This document shows positions 18,575 through 27,974 of a stretch of 46,270 nucleotides of DNA, piece after piece. Origin of the DNA: an uncultured Planctomycetaceae bacterium (lineage in GTDB: Bacteria > Planctomycetota > Phycisphaerae > SM23-33). Numbering within the stretch: position 1 is the stretch's first letter; every line of letters starts with the position of its first letter. The stretch covers positions 1 through 46,270 of the forward strand of contig CAYZPY010000004.1 in assembly GCA_964480425.1 (NCBI GenBank), written 5' to 3'. A model generated the notes under the pieces. It was not told where the DNA came from. It searched no databases and worked only from the letters and a program-made list of their open reading frames with translations. The translations under genes were made by a program, and so were the position numbers.

Positions 18575-20533
18575 ATGAGCGATTACAAAGACCTTGATCG
18601 TAAAGTTATCGAACTGGGAAAGCAGGTTGTGCGGATGTGCACCGAGGCGGGCAGCGGGCATCCATCCAGCGGGCTTTCCCTAATCCATATAACCACAGCA
18701 CTTATGTACCGGATAATGCGGTACAATCCAAAAGATCCGTGGAACAACGCCTCGGACCGCCTGGTCCTCTCGGAAGGTCACGCCGTACCGGTTATCTATG
18801 CGGCATACTGCGACCTGGGCGGAGTTGTCGGCACGCGCGAAGCGCCCTCGGAACTGCGGAGCGAAGACGTCATGTCGCTGCGCCAGGCGGACAGCGTGCT
18901 TGACGGGCATCCCCATCCGGCAGTGGGCTTCCCGTTCTTCGACGCGGCCACCGGCTCGCTGGGGCAGGGACTGTCGGTGGCGGCGGGACTGGCCGGCGGC
19001 GCCAAACTCGACGGTTCCGATAAGAAAATCTACTGCCTCGTCGGCGACGGCGAAAGCCGCGAGGGGCAAATCGCAGAAGCCCTGGACTTCATCGTGGATC
19101 ACGACCTCAAGGCCGTCCGTGCGGTCTTCAACTGCAACGGACAGGCACAGAGCGATTACGTCTCGCACCAGCAGTCGCCGGAGGTCCTGGCGGAAAAAAT
19201 CGCCGCTTACGGATGGGAGGTCAGGGTCATCGACGGGCACAACTGGGACGAGGTCTTCGAGGCGCTGACCGCCGAGGCGGGTGAAAGGCCTATTGCCGTT
19301 GTCGCAAAGACCATCAAGGGGTGGGGCGTAAGCGAATTCCAGGCAAAGAATTACCACGGAAAGGTGCTTCAGCCCGAGCATCTTACACAGGCCGTTAATG
19401 ACCTCGACGCCAAGGCCGACGAACTCGGCGTAGACCAGCCCGCCCCGGACACCGAGCAGGCGGCGCAGATTACCGCGCCGGTGCCGATTGAAAAGCCCGC
19501 CCCGCCGTCGAGGATATCGGCCGGTGAGTTCGAACAGGCCGTCACTGACGCCGGACTGGGCAGCAAGCTCGAGGCGGGCAAGCTCGCCACCCGGCGCGCC
19601 TACGGCGCCGCGCTGGCGGCAATTGGCGCCGACGAGCGGATTGTCGCCCTGGACGGCGACGTGAAAAACTCGACCTTCGCGGAATTTTTCGCGCAGAAAT
19701 ATCCGCAGCGTTATTTCGAGTCCCGCATCGCCGAGCAGAACATGGTATCGGCGGCGGCGGGATTATCCGCCGCAGGAAGGATTCCGTTCGTCTCCAGTTT
19801 CGGCAAATTCATCATGCGCGCCTACGATCAGGTCGAGATGGCCGCCATCACCGAGGCAAACATCAAGTTGTGCGGTTCGCACTGCGGCGTGTCGCTGGCG
19901 GCCGACGGACCCAGCCAGATGGCGCTTCCGGACGTGGCGTTCATGCGGGCGTTCGCACACGCCACCCGGCGCGCCGGCGCCCCGGCTATTCGCGTGTTCC
20001 TGCCGTCCGACGCCATGAGCGCGTTTAAACTTACCGAACTGATGGCCAACCTCGACGGCATCTGCTACATGCGGACGCACCGCCCGGACGTGGAAATAAT
20101 CTACGATCACAGCGAGGAATTCACGCCCGGCGGATTCAAGCACCTTATCGACGGGGAGGACGTGGTCATAGTCGCCAGCGGGTACATGGTGCACGTCGCC
20201 CGACAGGCGGTGAAAATGCTGGAAGAAAAGGCCGCCCTCTCGGCCAGTCTCATCGACGCGTACTCCCTGCCGCTGGCCACCGACGAAATCCTGCGGATCG
20301 GCGACGACTGCCGCGGGCAGATACTGGTGGTCGAAGACAACTACACCGGCGGCGTGGGCGACGAGATATCACAGGCCGCTTCCGTCAGCGACCTTGGTGT
20401 GCGGGTGGATACGCTGTACCTCCGCACCATACCGAAAAGCGCGCGCACGCCCGAAGAAACCCTGGCGATGGTCAACCTCTCTGCCGAGGACATCGCCGCC
20501 GCCGCACAGAAAATGTTTGACCAGTCCGAGTAG
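18575..20533 (+). CDS. tkt: Transketolase (single chain)
   Basis: GSGHPSS, DRLVLSEGHA, LDGHP, ATGSLGQG, GDGESREG (TPP motif), IAEQNM, ADGPSQM. Confidence 0.95.
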   Translation: MSDYKDLDRKVIELGKQVVRMCTEAGSGHPSSGLSLIHITTALMYRIMRYNPKDPWNNASDRLVLSEGHAVPVIYAAYCDLGGVVGTREAPSELRSEDVMSLRQADSVLDGHPHPAVGFPFFDAATGSLGQGLSVAAGLAGGAKLDGSDKKIYCLVGDGESREGQIAEALDFIVDHDLKAVRAVFNCNGQAQSDYVSHQQSPEVLAEKIAAYGWEVRVIDGHNWDEVFEALTAEAGERPIAVVAKTIKGWGVSEFQAKNYHGKVLQPEHLTQAVNDLDAKADELGVDQPAPDTEQAAQITAPVPIEKPAPPSRISAGEFEQAVTDAGLGSKLEAGKLATRRAYGAALAAIGADERIVALDGDVKNSTFAEFFAQKYPQRYFESRIAEQNMVSAAAGLSAAGRIPFVSSFGKFIMRAYDQVEMAAITEANIKLCGSHCGVSLAADGPSQMALPDVAFMRAFAHATRRAGAPAIRVFLPSDAMSAFKLTELMANLDGICYMRTHRPDVEIIYDHSEEFTPGGFKHLIDGEDVVIVASGYMVHVARQAVKMLEEKAALSASLIDAYSLPLATDEILRIGDDCRGQILVVEDNYTGGVGDEISQAASVSDLGVRVDTLYLRTIPKSARTPEETLAMVNLSAEDIAAAAQKMFDQSE

Positions 20534-20573
20534 CCCCCGCACGGCGCGGACAACTGTGTGGAGGGAGGAATTC

Positions 20574-21149
20574 TTGCACGGCGCGAGTTTGATACTGGCC
20601 TCGTCCAGCCCCCGGCGCAAGCGCCTGCTCGCCGAGGCGGGTATTGATTTTATCGCCGTTGATCCGCCCATATCCGAGCCGGTGAACCTTGTCGGGCGTC
20701 TTGCGCCCGCTCGCCAGGCCGAGGCGCTTGCGTATTTCAAGGCCCGCTCGGTGGCGATGGATTACCCGCGCCGGCGAGTGCTCGGGGCAGACACGCTGGT
20801 GGAGGTCGGCGGCGAAATCCTCGGCAAACCCCAAAATCGCAAACACGCACGGAAGATGCTGCACAAACTCGCGGACACGCGGCAATCTGTGATTACCGCA
20901 TTGGCCCTGGTCGGACCGGGCGAGGAGCGAATCATCTCATCCGACGTCACTTACGTCACCATGCGTCCGCTGGGCGATGAGGAGATCGAGGAATATCTCG
21001 ATTCGGGCATGTGGCGCGGAAAGGCAGGAGCGTACGGCATACAGGAAGTCAACGACAGATTCGTGGAGTCCCTCGAGGGCAGTTTCTCCAACGTAGTCGG
21101 CCTGCCCATGGAACTTCTGGAGCGGATGTTGACGGCAGCGGGCTTTTAA
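20574..21149 (+). CDS. maf: Maf family nucleotide pyrophosphatase
   Basis: LILASSSPRR, GADT, LGKP, GKAGAYGIQ, GSFSNVVGLP; TTG start after GGAGG. Confidence 0.95.
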   Translation: MHGASLILASSSPRRKRLLAEAGIDFIAVDPPISEPVNLVGRLAPARQAEALAYFKARSVAMDYPRRRVLGADTLVEVGGEILGKPQNRKHARKMLHKLADTRQSVITALALVGPGEERIISSDVTYVTMRPLGDEEIEEYLDSGMWRGKAGAYGIQEVNDRFVESLEGSFSNVVGLPMELLERMLTAAGF

Positions 21150-21302
21150 ATCAGCGAAAACCACGACATCTTCACGCGCGAACAGTCGAACGCAAAGCCC
21201 CTTCCTGACCGTCGAGGCCGACATCGTGCGCGATGCGCTGCCTCCCGGCTCGCCGGGCAGCCACAACCCGTTGCGGTCCACCAGGTGATGCGCGATTATC
21301 AT
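21150..21302 (-). pseudogene. Decayed 5' fragment of a Y1 (IS200-like/RAYT) transposase
   Basis: MIIAHHLV-DRNG-LWLPGEPGGS resembles the recalled (HH)LxWTxYGxWLPxDPRGS start of these transposases; restoring 3 deleted nt gives LVWTAYGLWLP. Confidence 0.5.
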
Positions 21303-21325
21303 GACGTATCCTGAACCGCAAGCGG

Positions 21326-21814
21326 TTATTTCTTCTTCTGCGTGCCGCGCTGCATGGCGATGATGCCCGTGCGCGCCAGTTCGCGGATGCCGTAGGGCGA
21401 CGCCAGGTCGATAAACGCCTCCAGCTTGTCCTCGGTGCCGGACATTTCGACCATGACGGAGTTCCTGGCCACGTCCACTATCCGCCCGCGGAACAGGTTC
21501 ACCAGCTGGACCGCCTCGGGCCGCTTTTCCGGCGAAACGTTGATGCGGATGAGCATAAGGTCGCGCTCCACGTAGTCCACCTCCATGAAGTCGCGGACCT
21601 TCACCACGTTGACCACCTTGCCCAACTGCTTGCGGACCTGCTCGAGGACCTTGTCGTCGCCGATGACCACGATGGTCATCCGCGAGAGGTTCGCATCCTC
21701 GGTCCTGCCGACGACCAGCGAATCTATGTTGAACCCGCGCGCGGCGAACATGCCCGCCACGTGCGCCAGGACGCCGGGCTTGTTTTCGACAAGTGCGCTT
21801 ATAACGTGTTTCAT
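21326..21814 (-). CDS. ilvN: Acetolactate synthase small subunit
   Basis: ACT domain LVENKPGVL..F..RGFNIDSL, SRMTI, ELARTG. Confidence 0.97.
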   Translation of the reverse strand: MKHVISALVENKPGVLAHVAGMFAARGFNIDSLVVGRTEDANLSRMTIVVIGDDKVLEQVRKQLGKVVNVVKVRDFMEVDYVERDLMLIRINVSPEKRPEAVQLVNLFRGRIVDVARNSVMVEMSGTEDKLEAFIDLASPYGIRELARTGIIAMQRGTQKKK

Positions 21815-21851
21815 TTTTCAGCTCCTGTTGCCGTAAGGCGCGAGCGCCTCG

Positions 21852-23576
21852 TCAGGCCAGTCTGCCCAGGTTCACCTCCGAGAGACTCTTGCCCGGGTAG
21901 ACCATGGGATAGACGTTCTCTTCCTGCTCGATCAGCGCGTGCAGCACGACCGGTCCGGAATGTTTGAGCATCTCGTTCACTGCGTCGGGTATCTGCGAGC
22001 CGCTGGAAATCTTCATGCCCTTTGCGCCGAAGCCCTCCGCCACGGTGGCGTAATCCGGGCAGGGGTGCTCAACGGCGCTGTAGCGACGACGGTAGAATAT
22101 CTCCTGCCACTGGCGGACCATTCCAAGGTAATCGTTATCCAGTATCACGAACTTAACCGGCTGGTCGTAGCGGACGGCGGTTAGCACCTCCATCATGGTC
22201 ATGGAGAAACTCCCGTCGCCGTCTATGTCGATAACGGTTTCTCCGGGATTGCCCACCTGGGCGCCGATGGCGGCGGGACAGCCGTAGCCCATCGTGCCCA
22301 GCCCGCCGGAGGTGATTATCTGGCGGGGGCGCTTGTAGCCGTAAAACTGCGCAGCCCACATCTGGTGCTGACCCACGCCCGTGGCCACGATGGCGTTGTG
22401 GTCGGTCTGTTCGCCGATCTTTTCGATTAACTCCTGGGGACGAATCCGGTCCGAGCCGCTCTTCTCGTAGACAAAGGGGTACTTCTTCTTCCACTGGCTG
22501 ATTTTTTCCAGCCACTGCCTGCGGTCTTTTTGCTCGACGAACTCTATCATCCGCCCCAGGATATCTTTTGCGTCGCCCACCACGGGTATGTCAACGTCCA
22601 CGTTCTTGGAAATCGAAGCCGGGTCTATGTCTATGTGGACGATCCTGGCGTTCGGCGCGAACGTGTTCAGGTCGCCCGTGACGCGGTCGTCGAACCTGGC
22701 GCCGACGGCTATGAGGCAGTCGCATTCCTGCACGGCGTAATTCGCCGCCGCAGAACCGTGCATCCCCAGCATCTTCAGCGCCAGCGGTTTTGACTCGTCG
22801 AACGTTCCAAGCGCCAGCAGCGTGGTGGTCACGGGTATGTTGCCTTTTTCGGCCAGTTCCGTCAGCTCCTTCGACGCGCCGGAAGTCACCACGCCCCCGC
22901 CGACGTAAAGCAAAGGCCTCTGGGAGGCGTTAACGGCGTCGGCGGCCGCCTTTATCTGACGCACGTGACCCTTGATCTGCGGTTTGTAGCCCGGAAGGTG
23001 GGGAGTCGTGTCGGGCGCCTCGTCGAGTTTGGTGGTGGTGGCGTCCACGGAAATATCCACAAGCACCGGACCGGGTCTGCCCGTCCGCGCTATGTAAAAG
23101 GCCTCCCGCACGGTCCGCCCGAGGTCCTCGGCGCGTTTGACCAAAAAGTTGTGCTTGGTGATCGGGCGCGTGATGCCGGTGACGTCTGCCTCCTGGAAGG
23201 CGTCGTTGCCGATGAGGAAACTCTTGACCTGACCGGTGAACGCCACAACCGGAGAGGAGTCCATGTACGCCGTGGCCAGGCCCGTGGTCAGGTTCGTCGC
23301 GCCCGGACCGGACGTGGCGATGCACACCCCGACCCTGCCCGTGCTGCGGGCGTAACCGTCGGCCATGTGCGCCGCGCCCTGCTCGTGGCGGGTGAGGATC
23401 AACTTTATCGGCGTCTCGTAGAGCACGTCGAATATCGGCAATACCGCTCCGCCGAGTATGCCGAACATCACCTCCACCCCTTCGTCGAGAAGCGTCTGGT
23501 GGAATATTTCCGCTCCCGTCATGCCCGCCTTCAGTTTGCCCGGGCGGGTTTGCCTGTCGTCTTTTTTGCCTGTCAT
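21852..23576 (-). CDS. ilvB: Acetolactate synthase large subunit, biosynthetic
   Basis: RHEQGAAHMADGYAR, TSGPGATN, GNDAFQE, GARFDDRVTG, GVGQHQMW, GDGSF, GMVRQWQ. Confidence 0.98.
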   Translation of the reverse strand: MTGKKDDRQTRPGKLKAGMTGAEIFHQTLLDEGVEVMFGILGGAVLPIFDVLYETPIKLILTRHEQGAAHMADGYARSTGRVGVCIATSGPGATNLTTGLATAYMDSSPVVAFTGQVKSFLIGNDAFQEADVTGITRPITKHNFLVKRAEDLGRTVREAFYIARTGRPGPVLVDISVDATTTKLDEAPDTTPHLPGYKPQIKGHVRQIKAAADAVNASQRPLLYVGGGVVTSGASKELTELAEKGNIPVTTTLLALGTFDESKPLALKMLGMHGSAAANYAVQECDCLIAVGARFDDRVTGDLNTFAPNARIVHIDIDPASISKNVDVDIPVVGDAKDILGRMIEFVEQKDRRQWLEKISQWKKKYPFVYEKSGSDRIRPQELIEKIGEQTDHNAIVATGVGQHQMWAAQFYGYKRPRQIITSGGLGTMGYGCPAAIGAQVGNPGETVIDIDGDGSFSMTMMEVLTAVRYDQPVKFVILDNDYLGMVRQWQEIFYRRRYSAVEHPCPDYATVAEGFGAKGMKISSGSQIPDAVNEMLKHSGPVVLHALIEQEENVYPMVYPGKSLSEVNLGRLA

Positions 23577-23741
23577 CGCTTGAACCTTTCCAACTCATAA
23601 ATACAAAAGAATGTTACCAAGTTGCCTTCACCGGTTGCAGTATAAACATCTCTGGCGTCGTGTCTTTTGACCAAAGGACCGCATCCGTCCTGTCCCGTGG
23701 GACAGGTGGAATCGAAGTGTCGGCCACCCCTGCGGGGTGAC

Positions 23742-23867
23742 CTATAGTACAACCACAGAGTTCGCCCCGTAAAGACCTGCCTGCCTGAGAAGCGTAGGCA
23801 GTGCGCAGAGTTTCCGCTTTTGACCTGAGCCAATGTCGAAAAGGAATGTCTGCGTCTTCGTACTCAT
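23742..23867 (-). CDS. Putative ilvB leader peptide (41 aa, ends SVVVL)
   Basis: ATG about 4 nt after the predicted TSS; terminal Val-Val-Val-Leu; stop overlaps a GC hairpin. Confidence 0.5.
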   Translation of the reverse strand: MSTKTQTFLFDIGSGQKRKLCALPTLLRQAGLYGANSVVVL

Positions 23868-23877
23868 CGTATGGGGC

Positions 23878-23906
23878 ATAATACACCCGCGCCTGCGGGG
23901 GGTCAA
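23878..23906 (-). promoter_or_regulatory. sigma70 promoter of the ilvBN leader
   Basis: TTGACC-N17-TATTAT on the minus strand. Confidence 0.7.
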
Positions 23907-24023
23907 GCCGAAAATGCGCCTGGGTGGGGCTGTCACATTTTTCAAAGCCGTATGGCGACCGGCAATGCGGCCATGCGGCCGCTCGCACTTCGCCTGCGCC
24001 TGGCGTGGTGGCGGGTCTTATGA

Positions 24024-26234
24024 CTAGGGCGCCGGCTCGACGCCGGCAAGGTTGCACAGCACGTTGGTCATCATCGCCACGGCCGAGGGCGAGGTGTATC
24101 CGCGAATGCCGTGTGAGCGGACGCCGGCCAGTGCAGCGGTGATGTCCAGACGGCTGTATATGATGACGGGACGGTCGCCTTTGAATATGGTCCTCAGTCT
24201 TAAATCGTGCCTGGCGTCGCCCAGCGTGTCGGCGAAGTCCGGGCGGTAGTCGACCCGCGATATGGGGCGAGGCCCTTTGTAAACCATCGAGGTGGCCAAC
24301 GGCACGTCTTTTCCGTCGCGCACCAGCGGAAAAATCTGCTCCCGGAACGATTCGGCGAACTGCCGCGAGCCCCCTGCGGCGTCGAGTATCAGCGTCCCGC
24401 CGGCGTCGAGATATTGCTTCAAGGTCTGGGCCTGTGCGTCGGAGAGGGTGAACTTGCCCGTTCCCGTCATCGCCGCCAACGGATGCGTGTCGGGGTCGAG
24501 GTCGGTTACGTCGAGCGGGTCTGATACTCGCAGTGCGACGTTATGCCGTCCGGCCAGGATCATCTTTAGGCGTTCCCACGCCATCGGTTCGGGGTCGTGG
24601 TTGCCGCCATGGCGGACCCTGGCCAGGTTAATCACGGCGCGGGGTTCAAATTTATCGGGCATCTTCAGCCCCCGCCAGGGGCTCGTTCTGGCGGTCCACC
24701 TTCCCTTGTCGGTGGCCAGCATGTAGGCGTTGGCCAGCAGCTCGAAGGTCGCCCTGCGCAGGCGGCTGGGTCCCAGTTGAAGCGCCAGCGACAGTTCCCT
24801 TGGCGAGTGGACCACGAGCGTGCGGACGCCGTTGGAAATTCCCATCAGCCCGCCGATGTCTTTTGGTCTGAACGTCAGTGAGTATACCGGCGAGCGGGGT
24901 CCCAGGGTCGACGGCTCGTATTCGGGCAGCATTTTTTTATAGACCTTGGTGACGTCGATCGTGAAGTCGGAATTGTTGCACGCCGCCTCCGAAACGATCA
25001 TCCCGCCCTGGAGCACGAAGCGGCGGAGTTTTTTAATCTGCGCGGCGTCGGGCTCCCATGGTCCCGCGCCGGATATGTATAGAATCGGCGACTGGCGCCA
25101 GTCGGATATTGGCGCGTCGGCGTCGACTATCTGCCAGCCGAGGTCGCGCTCGAATGTCTCGGACAGAAACGCGGTGAGTCTGGCGGCGTCCCTGGGACGG
25201 GTGTTCCACCTTCCGGAGTATCGCAACTTGTTGATAACGACCGGGCGACCGCCCCTGGCCAGGAACAGCACCGCAAGCGCCGTTGGCGCTGTGCGGTCGC
25301 CGTGCGACCAGCTTCCGTCGCTGTTCTGGCGGTCCGTCAGGTGGGCTGAGCCCTGTGCGTACCAGTCGTTCCCGCCGAAGCGTTTCATGCCGCCGGCGCG
25401 GCCGACGCGCTGGAGGCAGAACAACCAGTAATAGTAATAAGTGATTCCCTTGCGGGGATTTGCGCCGGCGTCGAAGTTGTCCTCCAGCCATTTTATCCCG
25501 TCGGATATGGGCTTGTATCGCCCCGATTCGGTGCACCTGACGAACCTGTCGGCGTGAAGGATTTCGAAACATTCATACAAAGTGGCCACGCCCGCGGCGG
25601 TCATGGAGCCGTACGTGCTGATGCGGGGAATCCACGACACGCGTCGATAACCCCACCCGCCATCCACCGCCTGCTGTGCGAGCCAGTGCTTCTGGACGTG
25701 TTTCCAGTATGCCGGGGGCACCTCGACGCCGCTGTCCATCGCCGCCGCCACCGCCATTGCCGCCATCTGGGAGTTGGAATTGTCGTAGACCTCCAGTTCG
25801 CCGCCTGCCGCCGGGGTGTAGGAGTATCGGCCGTTCTTGTCGGCGGCGTTTATCAGCCAGCGGGTGTCTTGGCGAATGACGCCTTTAAGCTCGTCCCGAC
25901 CCGAGGCCGCAAACGCGCACGTCCGCATCGACACGGCGTAGGTCCCCCCGAGCTTTGCGGCCGACAGCCAGTTCGTCGCGCGGCGGACCGCAGGGTCTTC
26001 GTCGTCCATGCCGGCGGTGAGCATGGCGTAGAGGCAAAGGCCCGTCTTGCCTCCGAATCGCGGATTGTCCGGCGGGTATTCGCCGATACACTTGCCGTTT
26101 TCGTCTATCTGCGAGGCCAGGTACGCCGCGGCCTTTTTCACGACACGTTCGATGTCCGCGTTCCCGGCGGCGGCGGCGGGAAACGACATACACGACCAAG
26201 CGATAAATACTGATGCCAGAGATACTTTCCGCAT
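24024..26234 (-). CDS. DUF4159 domain-containing protein with N-terminal prenyltransferase/squalene-oxidase-like repeats
   Basis: Signal peptide; QW-like repeats (QQAVDGGWGY, QNSDGSW), DNSNSQ, SMTAAG; two units of the PILYISG..GGMI / LAAMTG..GGTLI..A.GG type. Confidence 0.8.
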   Translation of the reverse strand: MRKVSLASVFIAWSCMSFPAAAAGNADIERVVKKAAAYLASQIDENGKCIGEYPPDNPRFGGKTGLCLYAMLTAGMDDEDPAVRRATNWLSAAKLGGTYAVSMRTCAFAASGRDELKGVIRQDTRWLINAADKNGRYSYTPAAGGELEVYDNSNSQMAAMAVAAAMDSGVEVPPAYWKHVQKHWLAQQAVDGGWGYRRVSWIPRISTYGSMTAAGVATLYECFEILHADRFVRCTESGRYKPISDGIKWLEDNFDAGANPRKGITYYYYWLFCLQRVGRAGGMKRFGGNDWYAQGSAHLTDRQNSDGSWSHGDRTAPTALAVLFLARGGRPVVINKLRYSGRWNTRPRDAARLTAFLSETFERDLGWQIVDADAPISDWRQSPILYISGAGPWEPDAAQIKKLRRFVLQGGMIVSEAACNNSDFTIDVTKVYKKMLPEYEPSTLGPRSPVYSLTFRPKDIGGLMGISNGVRTLVVHSPRELSLALQLGPSRLRRATFELLANAYMLATDKGRWTARTSPWRGLKMPDKFEPRAVINLARVRHGGNHDPEPMAWERLKMILAGRHNVALRVSDPLDVTDLDPDTHPLAAMTGTGKFTLSDAQAQTLKQYLDAGGTLILDAAGGSRQFAESFREQIFPLVRDGKDVPLATSMVYKGPRPISRVDYRPDFADTLGDARHDLRLRTIFKGDRPVIIYSRLDITAALAGVRSHGIRGYTSPSAVAMMTNVLCNLAGVEPAP

Positions 26235-26248
26235 GTTCGAATTTTCGA

Positions 26249-27367
26249 TTACTTGCCCTTCCAGAGCATAAGCACGCGTGGAGCAAGGAACTTCTCAACC
26301 GAGTCTATGTCAAGCGATTCCAGCGCGCCGGACACGCCGGGAAATCCGAGCTGTTTGAGTAGCGGCTTTCGCGGCACGAAATGCACAACGTGGGGATTGG
26401 TCAGCTTGGCAAGTTCGGCCGCGGACTGCGTTGCGTCGTTGAGATATCCTATGTTATCGACCAGCCCCAGCTCCATTGCGCGGTCGGCCAGAAACGCCTT
26501 TCCGTTGAATGGCTCGGTCTGGCTGACCGTGCGTGGTTCGCCCTCGTCGCCGGTTATTGTGATTTCGACTTTCTGTGGATTGAGGCGCTGCCCCCGCCCC
26601 TGCTCGACGGCCTGTTCGAAACGCTGATACATGCTGTCGAGCATGTCCCTCACGTTGTTGCGGATTCTCTCGGACGGCTGTTCCCAGTAGTTTTCCGTCG
26701 CCTTCCAGTACCTGCTGGAAGAGGACCGGATGGTCACCATTTCCACGCCGTACTTTTTCATGGCTTCATCCAGCACCGGCCAGACCGCAATTACCCCGAT
26801 GCTGCCGGTAATCGTGTTGGGCTCGGCGTAGATTTTATCACCCGGCGCAGAGACGTAGTAGCCGCCGCTGGCGGCCATGCCACCCATCGAAACAACAACC
26901 ACTTTTCCGTGATCCTCGCGCAGCCGCCTGACCATGTCGTATATCTGGTCCGACTCAGATGCGCCCCCACCGGGCGAATCGACCCGCAGGACCACCGCCC
27001 TGACGTCCGGATTGGTGGCGACGTTCCTGTAAAACGCCGAAAAATCCGACACCGCCTTGCCGTCGATAATGCCATTAACATCATATACTGCAATGGTTTG
27101 CGGCTCCTGGCCCTTTTTAATCACAACCCGCCTGAAATGGTCCATGCCCGTAATTGCCAGCAAAGTGCCCATCCACAGGTTCAGCACCACCGAGAACACC
27201 AAGATCAGGACCAGCACGCCGATAAGCAGGCGCTTCGCCCAGGAAAATCTTCTGGGCTGATTTTGGGCCGGCGGCATCGCTGCAGGGACCGGATAAGGCC
27301 CGGCAGGAGGCGTCGGACCGGTGTCGGATTGATTTTGGCCGTGATTGGAAGAATTCTGCTCAGTCAT
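26249..27367 (-). CDS. sppA: Signal peptide peptidase SppA (S49)
   Basis: VVLRVDSPGG, SMGGMAASGGYY, TITGSIGV, GLVDNIG; N-terminal TM. Confidence 0.93.
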   Translation of the reverse strand: MTEQNSSNHGQNQSDTGPTPPAGPYPVPAAMPPAQNQPRRFSWAKRLLIGVLVLILVFSVVLNLWMGTLLAITGMDHFRRVVIKKGQEPQTIAVYDVNGIIDGKAVSDFSAFYRNVATNPDVRAVVLRVDSPGGGASESDQIYDMVRRLREDHGKVVVVSMGGMAASGGYYVSAPGDKIYAEPNTITGSIGVIAVWPVLDEAMKKYGVEMVTIRSSSSRYWKATENYWEQPSERIRNNVRDMLDSMYQRFEQAVEQGRGQRLNPQKVEITITGDEGEPRTVSQTEPFNGKAFLADRAMELGLVDNIGYLNDATQSAAELAKLTNPHVVHFVPRKPLLKQLGFPGVSGALESLDIDSVEKFLAPRVLMLWKGK

Positions 27368-27677
27368 TTTTCGGTCTCCTTATATTTTCTCACCCACATC
27401 GGGCGGTTTGGACGCTCCGCGACAAAACCCGCCTGCCAACCAGTCTATTATATTTGGAGTGATTTGTCTTGTCTTTTGAGTACGAATGTATTTCGCCGTT
27501 CATTTCTTAAATAGTAGTTATATTAGACTATATTACGCCGATTTACCTGTTTTAATTCCATGTGCGGATTTTCGCCCGGCGCCGGATGAAAAAAAACTTG
27601 CCAACAGGCGATAAATGATTGTAAGTATTATATATTATTGATGTTATATAAAAGATTTTTAATTATGGCTTATTTAT

Positions 27678-27706
27678 TTGACTCAGTCCGGCTGGGCGGG
27701 TACAGT
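27678..27706 (+). promoter_or_regulatory. sigma70 promoter
   Basis: TTGACT-N17-TACAGT with AT-rich upstream region. Confidence 0.7.
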
Positions 27707-27712
27707 AATAAT

Positions 27713-27814
27713 TACAGGGAGCAGAGCTCCCCGCAAACTGCATTGATTTCAAACGGCTATTAAACTAGCCGTGGCAGCCTCCGGCCGGCGTTATGCGTCG
27801 GTCGGAGGTTTTAT
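27713..27814 (+). ncRNA. Candidate small structured RNA / regulatory leader with intrinsic terminator
   Basis: Hairpins GGGAGC-AGA-GCTCCC, ACGGCTA-TTAAAC-TAGCCGT and CCTCCGGCCGGCG-TTATG-CGTCGGTCGGAGG followed by TTTTAT, directly downstream of the promoter. Confidence 0.5.
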
Positions 27815-27974
27815 ATTGAATGCAGGTTTGAATGTGCGGTTATTGCGCGCCCGAGACAATACTGCGCATTTGTCGTCCGGGCGCGGGATGCAACTTCAGG
27901 GTCTAGTGAAATAAATGTAACCCTGCGCGGCGTGTTGAAACAATCCCGCCCGGCGGATATCTTTCCAAAACGGC

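Noticed and set aside
23600-23870. T-box riboswitch upstream of ilvB
   Set aside because: No UGGNACC T-box sequence and no terminator U-tract; a leader peptide fits better
27880-27930. GGGATGCAACTTCAGGGTCTA resembling part of a c-di-GMP-I riboswitch
   Set aside because: The GGCAAA 5' element and GNRA-capped P2 are missing; partial resemblance only
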